Source of the DNA: Piromyces finnis finn
Taxonomy: Eukaryota > Fungi > Neocallimastigomycota
Direction of reading: 5' to 3'
Length of the DNA: 64,000 nucleotides
Assembly: GCA_002104945.1 (NCBI GenBank)
Contig: MCFH01000013.1
Coordinates: 682,001 to 746,000 of the forward strand
The translations under genes were made by a program, and so were the position numbers. The notes under the pieces are model-generated. The model searched no databases. It saw nothing but the letters and a program-made list of their open reading frames with translations, and was not told the DNA's origin. This document shows, piece after piece, positions 1 through 13,133 of this stretch (position 1 is the stretch's first letter; every line of letters starts with the position of its first letter).

Positions 1-1
1 A

Positions 2-2113
2 ACAGATGTTACACGTGCCTTTGGTTACTTTAATTGTTTAGGTAGTTTAAATGCTAGTCCATGGATTGTTAAAATGGAATTAGACTTTGGAGATAATAAT
101 CAAAATGGTACTGGTATCCATCTTACCTCAGAATCTGATAAGCATGATGAAGAAGCAGCAGACATAAAGCTTAAACTTGGTAATAATCATAGTGATGAAT
201 TCTTAGTATTGACAAATGGTGCTGTATTAGATGCAATTCGTTGTGGTGCCGACGCTAATAATAATGAAACCCCTGGATTTAGTTTATGTACATTAGATGA
301 TACTGCACAAATTATTGTTGATATTGCAAGAAGTGCATTAGGTAATGAAAGTAGCAAGCGTAATAAAGGTACATATCAATATCAAGGTATTAGCAAGAAT
401 GCTAGATCAACAACCGGTTGGGGTGCAGCAGCAACTAAAATTAGAGATGTTGCATTAAGTCACGGTGCATATGGTGCAAGAACTACAATAAATGCAAATC
501 AAAAAGTCAAGTCAAGTAAAGGTATGATGGTAATGGTGTTAGGTTTAAGAGATTTAGTTGAGACAGCACAAAGATGGATAGGCGCTAGACGTGGCTCAAC
601 TGAAACTGGTTCTGATAGTTTAGAGTTAATGAGCCTAAAAAGACGTGGTAGTGATGCTGCCATAAAAATGGGAAAAAGAAAGGATGGAGAATTATCTATT
701 CCACCATCAATTGAACCACCAACAGGTCAATTAGCTCTCGTTTTTACAGATATTAAGAATTCGACAGCATTATGGGAAACACATGCTATAGCTATGAGAA
801 ATTCAATTAAATTACATAATATGAGAATGCGTGCATTATTAAAACAATATGGAGGTTATGAAGTTAAAACAGATGGTGATAGTTTTATGGTTAGTTTTGT
901 AGATTTAATGTCAGCTGTTCAATGGTGTTTAGATGTTCAAACCGAACTTATTAAAATTGATTGGCCACCAGAAATTTTAGAAAGTGAAGATGGGGAAGAA
1001 ATTTGGTGGGATACCATTAATGGTGAACCAGTCTATGATGACGAATATCTAGATGATGAAGATATTGATGATGATATAGATGATGACCTTAATGATGATG
1101 ATGAAGATAATTTAATATATCAAGAAAAAGAGGATATTCCATTGGAAACTAGAATAGCCATGAGAAAAAAGAATAGTATTGCATTATTATTTAGAGGTCT
1201 CTGTGTTCGTATGGGTATTCATTATGGTACACCATTGTGTGAAATGGATCCAACAACAGGTCGTATGGATTATTTTGGACCTATGGTTAATCGTGCCTCT
1301 AGAATTTGTTCAGCCGCACAAGGAGGACAAATCTTTATCAGTTCAGAAGTTGTCCGAGAAATCACTAAAAGAAAAGGAGGTGATCCATCATTAATTAGAA
1401 TGAATAATACATTAGATGAAAAGATTGCTGATTCTATGAATATTAAAACATGGATTATTGGTGAAAAGAAATTAAAAGGTTTGGAAACACCAGAAGTACT
1501 TCATTGTATGTATCCTAAACAATATTACTTACGTCATGATTACTTTACTTGGATGCAAAACCAAAAGCAAGAAAGTACTAATAATATTGGAAATCTCATG
1601 GATATTCGTATGAATCCAATAGATATCAATTCTTTAAAAATGAATCGTAGTTCAGAACCTACTAGAATTGATAGAAACTATGTACAAACTCTTGGTAATT
1701 TATGTCTACGTTTAGAGTTTTTAGCTGTTAATGCTCAAAATATCTGTTTTAATAATCAAAACTTTGATGAAAGAATACCCGTATACCCATATCTCATTAA
1801 TTCATCAAGTATATCTATTCCAATAGAAGCTACAGAAAAGGAATTAACAGCTGCTCTTGAAGGAATAGCTATACGTATTGAGAATGCTGTAAGTATTCTT
1901 ACTTTAATTCAAAGTAGTCCTCTTAATCGTATATTAAAAACTCTTGGTTCATATATTGATGTAAGTCCTAATCAAATATTGACCGCTTTACAAGAATATG
2001 TACTTGCAATGAAAGAAAGAGATGAACGTCTCGAACGTATTAGAAATGAAAGAAGAGAACGTGAAAGACGTATAAAGAATAGAGCATCAAAAGCAGCAAA
2101 TACTTCCATTTAA
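2..2113 (+). CDS. CYR1: Adenylate cyclase, 3' part (end of PP2C-like domain, class III catalytic domain, C-terminal coiled coil); runs off the window's left edge
   Basis: Frame open from base 2 (TDVTRAFGYF...). Catalytic motifs PPTGQLALVFTDIKNST, YEVKTDGDSFMV, RGLCVRMGIH, RMDYFGPMVNRASR match fungal adenylate cyclases. Stop TAA at 2111-2113. Confidence 0.95.
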   Translation, partial: TDVTRAFGYFNCLGSLNASPWIVKMELDFGDNNQNGTGIHLTSESDKHDEEAADIKLKLGNNHSDEFLVLTNGAVLDAIRCGADANNNETPGFSLCTLDDTAQIIVDIARSALGNESSKRNKGTYQYQGISKNARSTTGWGAAATKIRDVALSHGAYGARTTINANQKVKSSKGMMVMVLGLRDLVETAQRWIGARRGSTETGSDSLELMSLKRRGSDAAIKMGKRKDGELSIPPSIEPPTGQLALVFTDIKNSTALWETHAIAMRNSIKLHNMRMRALLKQYGGYEVKTDGDSFMVSFVDLMSAVQWCLDVQTELIKIDWPPEILESEDGEEIWWDTINGEPVYDDEYLDDEDIDDDIDDDLNDDDEDNLIYQEKEDIPLETRIAMRKKNSIALLFRGLCVRMGIHYGTPLCEMDPTTGRMDYFGPMVNRASRICSAAQGGQIFISSEVVREITKRKGGDPSLIRMNNTLDEKIADSMNIKTWIIGEKKLKGLETPEVLHCMYPKQYYLRHDYFTWMQNQKQESTNNIGNLMDIRMNPIDINSLKMNRSSEPTRIDRNYVQTLGNLCLRLEFLAVNAQNICFNNQNFDERIPVYPYLINSSSISIPIEATEKELTAALEGIAIRIENAVSILTLIQSSPLNRILKTLGSYIDVSPNQILTALQEYVLAMKERDERLERIRNERRERERRIKNRASKAANTSI

Positions 2114-3801
2114 TTAGATTATAAATTTTTGCATAATATTTATATAGTTTTTTTTTTTTTTTTTCTTATCCACTATTATTATTATTATTTCTATGATAAA
2201 GAAAAAATAATACAAAAAAAAATATATATATATTTTTTTTTTAAGAAATATAAAATATAAATTATAAATATAAATAACAAAATAAAAGATTAATAAGTAA
2301 AAGAAAATAATTTTAAAAATAAATTAATACATCAACTATTATTAAATTATAAATTAATATTATATTATTTATATAAATATCAAAAACATAAAAAATAAAA
2401 AAAAGAAATAAAACAAGAAAAATAAAATATAAAATAATAAAAAAAAAAAAATAACATAGTATAACATATAAAATAAATGAAAAATAAATAAATAAATAAA
2501 ATAATTATACATAGTAAAATTTAAGAAACAAACCATAAATAAATAAATAAATAAAATAAAATAAAAAAAGTAAATAAAAATAACAAATATATAGATAACT
2601 ATTAAATATTTAAAAAAAAAAAAAAAGTATTACAATTATATAAATAGCATAAAAATATAAAAATATTATATTTATTATAGATTTTCGTAAATATCTTATA
2701 AATAAAATGAATACATTTATTAAATATAATTAATAAATATTTTATCAAAATAAATATTATATTTTATTATTTATATTTTTTTATTGTTTGTGTTTTTTTT
2801 TTTTTTTTTTTTTTTTTTTGTTTTTTTAGAAATAATTATAATAATAAATATTGTTTATGAATATAATAATACTACATTAAAATGTATTTTTTATTATTAT
2901 TATTATTATTATATTATAATCATTCAATTTTATAAATATATATATATAGACCTTTTAATATAACCAAAAAATTTAAAAGCTTTGAAAATAAATGATATTT
3001 ATATAGATATGAAAAGAGTATATTAATTAGATTCACTTTTTTTTTTTTTCTTTTTTTTATATTAAATAATATAAAGAATAACTCTTTATAAGTAATACCC
3101 TACAAGCCTATTTAATAATTTTTTTTAATAGAAAATGATTCAACATTTCATATTTTAAAGCCTTTCCTATTTCATGTTACTATCTTTTTTTTTTTTAAAA
3201 AAAAAAAAAATGTAAAGTCATCAAACATTTTATAATGTACCTATTTTAATTCTTTTATTTTTCTTTATATAATTTTTTTTAAAAAAAAAAAAAAAAAGAA
3301 AGAAAACAACAATGAAATCTCTTTTACTTTCTTTTAATATTTTGCTGTTCAATAAATTGAAAGAATCAAAAGAGTTTTAAAAATATAAAAATAGGTTTTA
3401 ATGATTTTATATATAAAACATAAAAATATAAATATACTATGCGTCATTAATAAATCTATATAAAATCAACAAATTAACATCTTTATTTATAATACTGTTC
3501 TTTTTTTTTTTTTTTTTTAAAGTTTATATATATATTATGAAAGAAATACAATTTAAGTTTATCATTAGATAGAAAAAAAAAGCTTTTAATAATTATATAT
3601 TCTTTCCTTCTTTTTCTTAAAAGAAAATATAATAAATATCAGTCCAATTTATGAAAGGATTAGTTATTTATTTACATTTTATAAACTAACCCTTAATAAT
3701 ATTATGGTTAGATTAACAGTAAAGCATTAAATTTTTATTAAATTTAAATTATTTTATTATTATACTTTTTTTTTTCTTCTTCTTTATATTTATAGTTAAT
3801 T

Positions 3802-5776
3802 ATGAGTGAAATAAAAGTTGAACAATTTCCAGTAAAATTAGAAACCGAAAAACATTTAAAATATTTAAAAGAACTTAATAATCATCAAGATGAATTAGAA
3901 TATTGGTTAACTGAAGCTTTAAGATTAAATGGAATATATTGGGGTGTTACTGCAGCCTGTATATTAAAACATCCAGAAATTTATGATTTTAAAGAAATGA
4001 CAAAATTTATATTATCTTGTCAAAATGAAGATGGTAATATTATAAATATAATATATATTTTACTTATAATTTTAAATTAATTATTTACATATACTTTTTT
4101 TTTTAATTCCATATTACTTAATAATTAAATATATATTCATCACTTTTTTATTATTATTATTTTTCTAAATTATTATTATTATGAAATCAATAATCTTTGA
4201 ATAATAACAACAACAACAACAACAATAATAAAATGATAATTTAACAATATTACTCTTATTACTTTTTTTATTATTTTTTTTTATTTTTACTCTAATAATA
4301 AAAATATAATTCTTAAAATATTTAAAATTTATATACATAAAAGGCGGTTTTGGTGGATGTACAGACCATGATTCTCATTTATTATATACCTTAAGTGCCA
4401 TTCAAGTTTTAGTTATTTGTGATACCCTTTCAGAAGTCGATAAAGATAAAGTTGTTGAATGTAAATAACCCACTTTTTTTTTTTTTTTTTAAAAAAAAAT
4501 AATGAATTGACAACAATAAATTATAAAAATTTTAAATATATAATAAGCAACAACAATAATAAAAAGATAAATACACACATACCTATATAGAAAATAAACA
4601 TAATTTTCATTTCAATATAATCAGCATTTGTACTAATTGTAAAAATTTGAACATAATATATTCAACAATATTGCAATGTTAATGCATTTTATATATATTA
4701 TATGAACAACGGTACTAACACAATTATAAAAATTCAATTGTTGTAATATTAATATAATTTCATCCGATATCAATCAATGTTATATACTTGTAAAAAAAAA
4801 AAAAAAAAAAAAATTGCCAAAATATATTTTATCTTATATATATAAAAGATTATTGTTACTATTATTATTATTATTATTATTTTTTTTTTTTTTAAAAAAA
4901 ATAATAATTTATATCTAAAGTTTTGCAATGTTTAAATATTACTGAAATTATTCATAGTTTAAAAATTGTAATTCCAATAACCGTTTATTTAATTTTAATA
5001 ATATACATATGCATTGTAATGACAAAAATTTTAATTGGCAATAATTAAAATAAAACAATTTATTAAATTACAAATGTATATAAATGCATAAAGAAAAGAA
5101 AAAGAATGATAGAAAAAGGATTATTAAACTTTTTTTTTTTATTTACTTTTATTAGATGTTTCAAAACTTCAAAATCCAGATGGTTCATTTTCAGGTGATG
5201 AATGGGGTGAAGTTGATACACGTTTTTCTTATTGCGCTTTATCCTGTTTAAAAATGTTACATCGTTTAGATGCTGTTGATGTACCTAAAGCAGTTGAATA
5301 CATTAAAAAGTGTATGAACTTTGATGGTGGTTTTGGTAGTATAGAATCAGCTGAATCTCATTCTGGTCAAAGTAAGTTACTTTTAAATTTATAAAAACAT
5401 TTTATTAAAAAAAATTTAATCCTCAATTGTTGTTATATGAAATACAAGAGTAGAAATATAGTATCTCTAAATTTATTAATACATAATTACTAATAATTAT
5501 ATTATAATTTTTATTTCTATTCTATTGATATTATCTAAATTTTATTAAAGTTTTTTGTTGTGTTGGTGCATTAGCTATTGTTGACCGTTTAGATGTTGTT
5601 GACGCAGACAAATTAGGATGGTGGTTAGCTGAAAGACAATTACCAAATGGTGGTCTTAACGGTAGACCAGAAAAACTCGAAGATGTATAAATACAACAAT
5701 CTTTTATTTCTAATTTATTTAATCATTTAAAAATATAAAATTAAATAATTATATATATATATTGATATTAATTATG

Positions 5777-5809
<33 letters not shown>

Positions 5810-6396
5810 AAAGGTATGCTATTCATGGTGGGTTTTATCTTCATTATCAATCATTGATAGAATTCATTGGATTAACAAAGAAAAATTAATAAACTTTATT
5901 TTATCATGTCAGGTAAACTTTTTTTTTTTTTTTTTTATAGAAATATTATCTATTTAACATATGTATAGCATAGATATATATTGTTAAATATTAAAACAAG
6001 CATAAAAAAGGATCATTAATATGTTTTTAAAAAAACAAAAAAAATTCATTCAATAATAATATTTAGGATGCTGACACTGGCGGTTTTTCTGATCGTCCTG
6101 GTGATATGGTTGATGTCTTTCATACTTTATTTGGTGTAACAGGTAAGATTTATATATCCAAAAATAAATGTTTATAATAATTCTTATTTAACATCTTTTA
6201 TAATTCAATTTAATGATTTAATATTTTATTTTATTTTATTTTTATATTTTCTTTAATCATTCTTATTTAAAATAACAATTAAGGTTTATCTTTATTAGGA
6301 TATCCAAATCTCGACAAAATTGACCCTGTATATTGTATGCCTGTATCAGCAATAGAACGTTTAAATATAAAAACTAGAACATATAATCAAATTTAA
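3802..6396 (+). CDS. BET2: Rab geranylgeranyltransferase (GGTase-II) beta subunit, 7 exons
   Basis: Exons 3802-4033, 4344-4460, 5156-5371, 5551-5684, 5814-5912, 6067-6142, 6284-6396, all GT-AG. Motifs [86 protein letters not shown]. Confidence 0.95.
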
Positions 6397-6690
6397 GACT
6401 AATCTTTAAAAAAAAATAATTTATATTTCCTATCTTTTAAATAAAGTCTATTAAATAAAAGCATATATAAAAAAAATACTTTTTCCTTATTAATTATCAT
6501 AATTTCAATATAAAACTACATTAATGTTTTAAAACACAGCAATATTATTACAAAGTTTTTATATATTTTTATATATTTTTTTATTTAATATTATACTCTT
6601 TTACATAATATAATATTATATTGTACAAGACTTTCAAAAAAATTCTTCATTTTAATAAATTTAACTTACTAAAATTAAAAATCAAGTCAC

Positions 6691-7712
6691 TTAGTAACCA
6701 CTGTTAGCAATAGTTTCGTTGACAGCCTTTAAGGAAGCTTCAGCGTTTTGGGCAGCCTTAGCCTTAAGGTTAAGGACGGCCTTCTTCTTTTCGTAGTAAG
6801 CTTGGGCCTTGACCTTACGCTTAGCTTCAAGCTTTTCAACGACATCTTGGTACTTCCAACCGAATTCACTGCTGACTCTCTTAAGAGCGGTGTACTTACG
6901 TCCTGGCTTAAGACGGAGGACACGGAGAGCTTCTGGAACAACGTTTCTCTTAATCTTGTCGTATGGAGCTGGAATACCATCGAAGACCTTAAGACGGTCC
7001 ATGGCAGCAGTACCACGGGCGGTCTTGTGTGGAACCATACCACGAACAACATGGTAGAACATGCGGGATGGAGCACGGAAGTGGAATGGACCACGAGCTG
7101 GGTTGAAGACGGTAGCCTTGTGGAAGTAACGTTGGAATCTTAACTTGTTTCTGAAGAATGGACCGCTAATAGCGAGTTCTTCACAACGGACAACAACGAT
7201 CTTTTGACCCTTAAGGAGTTCCTTAGCAACAATAGAAGCTAAACGACCTAAAAGGTGACCCTTGGCATCAATGACAATTTGCTAAAAATTTATATAAAAA
7301 TTTAAAGGTTAATATACCATTTTTATTTAAAATAATTATATATTTTAAATTTTAAAGTTTTTAGTCTTTTGTACTAAAACCCTCTTGACTTTTTCTACGA
7401 CACTAAAAAAGCCAAGGATATTATCTATATGGAATAAAGAATATTAATTTACTTTTTATGATAATTAATCATGATTATAAAAAAACCAAAATATATTCAT
7501 CTATTAATTCTAACTAAAGATAAATAAACTTGTCGTATTTCCCTATATTTTTTATAACTACTACTATATGTAAAAAAAACTAATCATTTAATTAATTATC
7601 AATATAAATTAATATTCTTACTATATATTCCATAAGAATATATTATTATTCATTAGGTTATCGCATTTCAAAAATAAATATTTTAACTATGTTTCACCTT
7701 TTCGAAAGTCAT
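6691..7712 (-). CDS. RPL16: 60S ribosomal protein uL13 (L16/L13a), 2 exons
   Basis: Exon 1 7712-7698 (MTFEK), exon 2 7281-6691 ([16 protein letters not shown]...[27 protein letters not shown]...). Strong optimal-codon bias (AAG, TTC, TAC, AAC). Confidence 0.97.
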
Positions 7713-8683
7713 TTTGGACTATTAATCAATTTAATCTTAAAGGAACAATAAATTGATATTTGGTAAGAGAGAGAAAAAAAATTAATCTATGAGAGATTAT
7801 TTTTGATAAATTACTTCGTTTCTACAAAATAATTTAGACCAATTACCATTCTATATTCAGTTAGTAATAACCAATAAAATTTTAAAATTTCTATTCAAAT
7901 TATAATAAATATATTTAATACATTACATATTATTACAAAAATTCTTTTTATAACATAACCCTGATTAAAACCTTAATTAAATATATACAAAACTTTATTT
8001 AAATGAAATTTCTTTATTGAAAATACTCCTAACCCACTATATTTTATATTACTTTAAAAAATCTCCTAATTAATAATTTACATATAAATTTTATTATTAT
8101 TTTAATATATAAATTTCCTAAATTCCTAAATTTATTATTAAATTTTAAATTATATATTTTTACTACAATATAGTAATAATATATTAATAATTATTGAAAT
8201 TTATTATAATTAATTTTTTAAATAGTTTTTTATATTCCGCAATTATAATTACTTTATACAATGATAAATGAGAAAAATACAATAATATTTAAAAAACTTA
8301 AAAAAAAACATATCAAATATAAAAATATAACTATAAATTTATATATTAAATAATAATATTTATAACAACACTATTATTTTAACAATTTTCAAATTTAAAT
8401 ATTCTTATATTACTTATACTTAAACATCCAATAAATAATAATACCTTTCTCCTTATAATAAATGTATTTATATTTTTCTTTTAAATTATAATTTACATAG
8501 TTCATCATAATATTTAATTATCCTGTTTTTTATTTGTATTTGAATATTAACATCTTATTAAATTCCAATTATAAAAAAACACTTTATAATATTTCTACGT
8601 TCACACTGATATGATAGTATTTTTTTATATAAAAGTCACAATACTTTATTAAGGATTTTAACAATTTTTGTCTATTGAATAAT

Positions 8684-9183
8684 TTATTCGTTATCTTGAG
8701 TTCTAACACGAGCTTGGGCGTTAGTAACCTTAACGTTTAATTGCTTGGCACGTTCAACGATTTCAATTCTCTTCTTGGAAGAAACGTTGTGAGCAATTTC
8801 AGCAGCGTAGGTACGGTTGTGCATGAGTAAAAGTTCTAAATCCTTAACGTTGGAAACAACGAACTTCTTGAAACCATTTGGTAAGAGATCGCGGGTCTTG
8901 CTGTTGGATCCGTAACCGATCTTTGGCATTCTAATGGTACCACGGAAACGTCTACGGACGACACCATCAATACCTTTTGGTTTTCTCCAGGAGGCCTAAT
9001 TACAATAGTATTATTAAATTTTATATATATTAATAATTACCCTTTCTATTTTTATATTCAATATTTTTCATAATAAAGTCATAAAATTATTACATCAACT
9101 CTCTTGAAACGGTCGGATTGATGACGGAAGAATTTGGTAGTGTGCTTCTTAACAATCTTAGTCTTGTTGATTGGAGTAACCAT
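8684..9183 (-). CDS. RPL32: 60S ribosomal protein eL32, 2 exons
   Basis: Exon 1 9183-9094 ([30 protein letters not shown]), exon 2 8995-8684 ([19 protein letters not shown]...MPKIGYGSN...[12 protein letters not shown]). Confidence 0.97.
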
Positions 9184-12100
9184 TGTGACTACTTTATAAT
9201 TATTATAATAATTCAATTCATTTAGTTACCATTTATATATTTTATAATAAATAATAATAAAACTTTAATCAATGATGGATGCATAATTCATCCATTTTGT
9301 TTTACTTAAAGTTTTCAAAAACAATATATTTTATATTGTTTTCAATCACTTAAACATCATCATAATTAAAAAAAAAACATCATTTAATAATAAATAAATT
9401 CATGAAATTACCTACACTATTTAATTAAAATAATAGCAAAGAGGGAGTAAACCCTTTTTTTGGAATTTGCATTGATCACATATAGTAATCATAAATATTG
9501 AAGCCACACCAATCAAATTTCAGTAAAATAAATAAATAATATATAAGAATATCATTAACTATATATTACTTATAAAATGTAAATAAATTTATTTATATAC
9601 ATAAATATATGCTTTTAACATATTTCTATGTATACTAATAATAAAAGGTTAGATTTATATAATGTTAATAGTTAATACAATATTATTGTTTACGATTTCT
9701 TTTTTTTTTTTTTTTTTTTTTTTACATATAATTGATGGTTTATTTACATGAGATCATTATAAATATTATTTCATTAATTTTGATTTTTTGAAATCTAAAA
9801 AAAAAAAAAGTTTTAAAAACTTAACTTTAATTATAAAATAATTTAAAAATATGTCTTTATTATAATTTTAAAATTTAATTGTATATATTTATGCTGAATA
9901 ATACTCATAATGAATAATCCATCATACTACATAAAATCTATTTAAATACATTTATTTGGAAAAATTCTACCTAAAAATCTTTATAAACTAATATAATTAA
10001 AATATAATTAAAAAAACACATAAAAATAAAAAGATATTAAATAATATATAAAAAAAGGTAATAATGAAAAATTACATAAAAATAAAAAGATAAGTTTATT
10101 TTGGAATATTTAATTTATTAAATAATCTTCAACAAAAATTTCAATAACTTTTTGTCAACATTTTAAATTTAAGTAGATTCACTTTTATCCTATAAGTAAT
10201 TTATAGCTTGTGAAACAAACTCTCTATTAATAAAAAAGTGTTTCTATTATGTCTTTTTTTTTTTCTTAATAATCAAATATACTTTATAAAATTTTAAAAT
10301 TTCGAAACAATTTTTTTATTATTGATTAATAAATAAAGAATTCTAATGAATTCTAAATATATACTATTTAATGAAAATCATCAATATTAGTATAATATTC
10401 TTTTCTTCTTTTCTATAATTATTATTTATGATAATTATTCATTAATAAATTAAATGCATTTTTAAGAATATAAATTATATATATATTTTTAATTTTAAAA
10501 TAGAGCAAACATTAATAATTTGGTAGTTTTAATTCATTTTAAAAAACTAACATAAACGAATTTCAATATTTTGTTTTGTATTAAAGAAATGAAAATGTGG
10601 ATTTAAATTTATTAAGTGGATTTAAATTTTTATTAAAGGAAAATAAATATTAAAATTTGTTTTGATAGCAATTTTTTGTGAAACTTTTTTTTCATTTTAA
10701 TAATATATATATATTAGTGTATTATTAATAATAGAAGTAAATATTAAACATGTTTTTTTTTTTTTTTTAATCTTTCAAAAAGTATTATTTTATAATATAA
10801 ATTAAAAAATAAAAAGTATTTTAGGCTTGTTATTAAGTATTTTGTCTCTTAAATTTAAAAAAAATATTGAATTATTATTTATTTAAATTTATTAATATTT
10901 CAAATCAAATGTAATTAAATGTAAACGTACGTAATGTAATTACCAAATAATTAAAATTTTAACAATTTTTTCCTATCAATTTTTTATTAGCCAGTCAAAT
11001 TTCTAGGATAATTAATCTATTAAGGTAAAATGTTAAAAATTATTAATATTATTAAATATAATTTTTAACATTAAATGATAACAACTGAAATTAATTATTA
11101 AAAAATTGTAACACAAAAAAGTTATATTAAAATAAAGATAACAAACAAGAACTGATAATGATTCTAATTATTATTCTAATTATTATACTTGATGATAAGA
11201 TTTTTTTAATGGAATTTTAACATTTAAATAGAATTTCTTTAACGAACCTTTTTTTTTTATAAAATTAATGTCTGCTCTAACTTTAAAAAGTTATAAATTT
11301 ATAACTGTTTTTTTTTTATTAAGAAAAAAGTGAATTATGCAATTTTTTTTGACATTTTTTAAAATAGCAAAATGGTAATTTTCTATCTTTTTAAAAATTT
11401 ATCTGTATCATTATCAAAATTTGAAATTAAAGGTTTACTTTATTAAAAATAAAGTTTATATATTATATAAGGAAATAGTTTAAAAACTTTAATTTATTCT
11501 TTGTTACACTACATTTTTAGAATAATTAATATAGTTTTTTTTTTTGAAAAAAAATTATGTATTACATTTTAAATATTCATAATAAACTTCTACTTATTTA
11601 TAGTATTAATATAGGATTATAAAAATATAGGATAATTAACCTATGTCTTATTTCTTTTCTATTTTATTATTATTTTTCTTTTAATTTTCTGACTATTCCT
11701 ATTACCATATTATTTAAACAAAGTTTATTTTTCCTTTATTTAGGATCAATGTTAAAATATTTATAATGTTTGGGAATAATATATATATAATAAATTGTAA
11801 TATATAATAAATTAAATATAATAATCTATTATCTTTATTTTTTTTATATTGTTAAATATAAATTAATTAGATAGAGTATTTTTTAGATAAATTATTATCA
11901 TATTTTACTTTTATATTGACTGATTTCATCTTTAATATATTATAATAATATATTATTATATATTATAAATATAATAAATATAATTAGCTACTATAAAGAT
12001 AATGAAGTTTATTATCATTTATATTGTACAATTATTTTTATTATCATTATGTCATATTACCTCTAGCAAAAATGTATCTAATTTAAATATTAATATATTT

Positions 12101-13133
12101 TTTTAAAAAATGTTTTAATTTTTAAAATAGTGTCAAAAAAAAAAATTTTTTTTTCTTTCTTTACCTTTTTATAGTTTTATTTATTATTACTACATAATGA
12201 AATAATGAGAGTTTGATATATTTATATATTTATATAAATAATAATACCTAATAATAAATTTATAATTAAATAAAGCAAAAAACAAAAACAAACTAAAAGA
12301 ATAAAAAAACAAAAAACGATACAAAGTAAAGGCTTATTAAATTAAAGAAAGAATATATAATAATTATTTATTTTCAAGATTCTTTTTATTATTTATTATA
12401 TGATAAGAAATACAAAATTCAATATATTTTTTTAAAAAAGTATATATTTTATTCTAAAATAATATCTATAGTATTTTTAATATAAGTTGAATTTTTTAAT
12501 TTTCTAAAATAATTATTAAATTATCTTTATTTTTCATATAATATATATTATATATATATAAAACTCTATTAATAAACAAAACAAAACAACTAAATAAATA
12601 TATCGTAATTTATTTTTTAAAAAAAGAGAAAAAGTACGTTTTTCAAATATTTTATTTTACATATAAAAACAGCAATTTTCCTAGTGAAAATAACAAACTA
12701 TTTAATAGCTTTATATTTAATTAAAAAATAACATTTTAATATTTTATTTTTATATGAAATACTATTTTTATAAAGAAAAAACAATTGTATATTTTTGTGA
12801 AAAAACTTTTTTTTTAAATATAAAGGTAATTTAAAATATAATAATTCAAAATTTAATTATTTTTTTACTATTAAAATATTAGATATGTTTCATTTGTTTA
12901 GATAAATGAAAAATATTAAAAATTAGTATTAATACTAAAATTTATATTATTTTTTTTATGATAATATAATTAGTCAATAGAAATAAATTCAATAATTATA
13001 TAAACAAATAATTATTTATTTTTAATAATAATAGTAATTAAAAAAAAAAAAGATATCTATTAAACGTTATTATAATAATATAATTGATATCATTTTATTC
13101 AATAAAGCAATAACAACAACAATATAGTTAAAA

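Noticed and set aside
6729-7143. Three extra ORFs overlapping RPL16
   Set aside because: Shadow frames caused by the strong codon bias and higher GC of the ribosomal protein gene.
9174-9190. AGTCACA next to the RPL32 start, resembling a HomolD box
   Set aside because: One mismatch to CAGTCACA, directly abutting the ATG rather than in the promoter; more likely start-codon context.
11029-11072. 15-bp perfect inverted repeat
   Set aside because: Almost all A/T; by rough estimate about one such hit is expected by chance in 64 kb of this composition.
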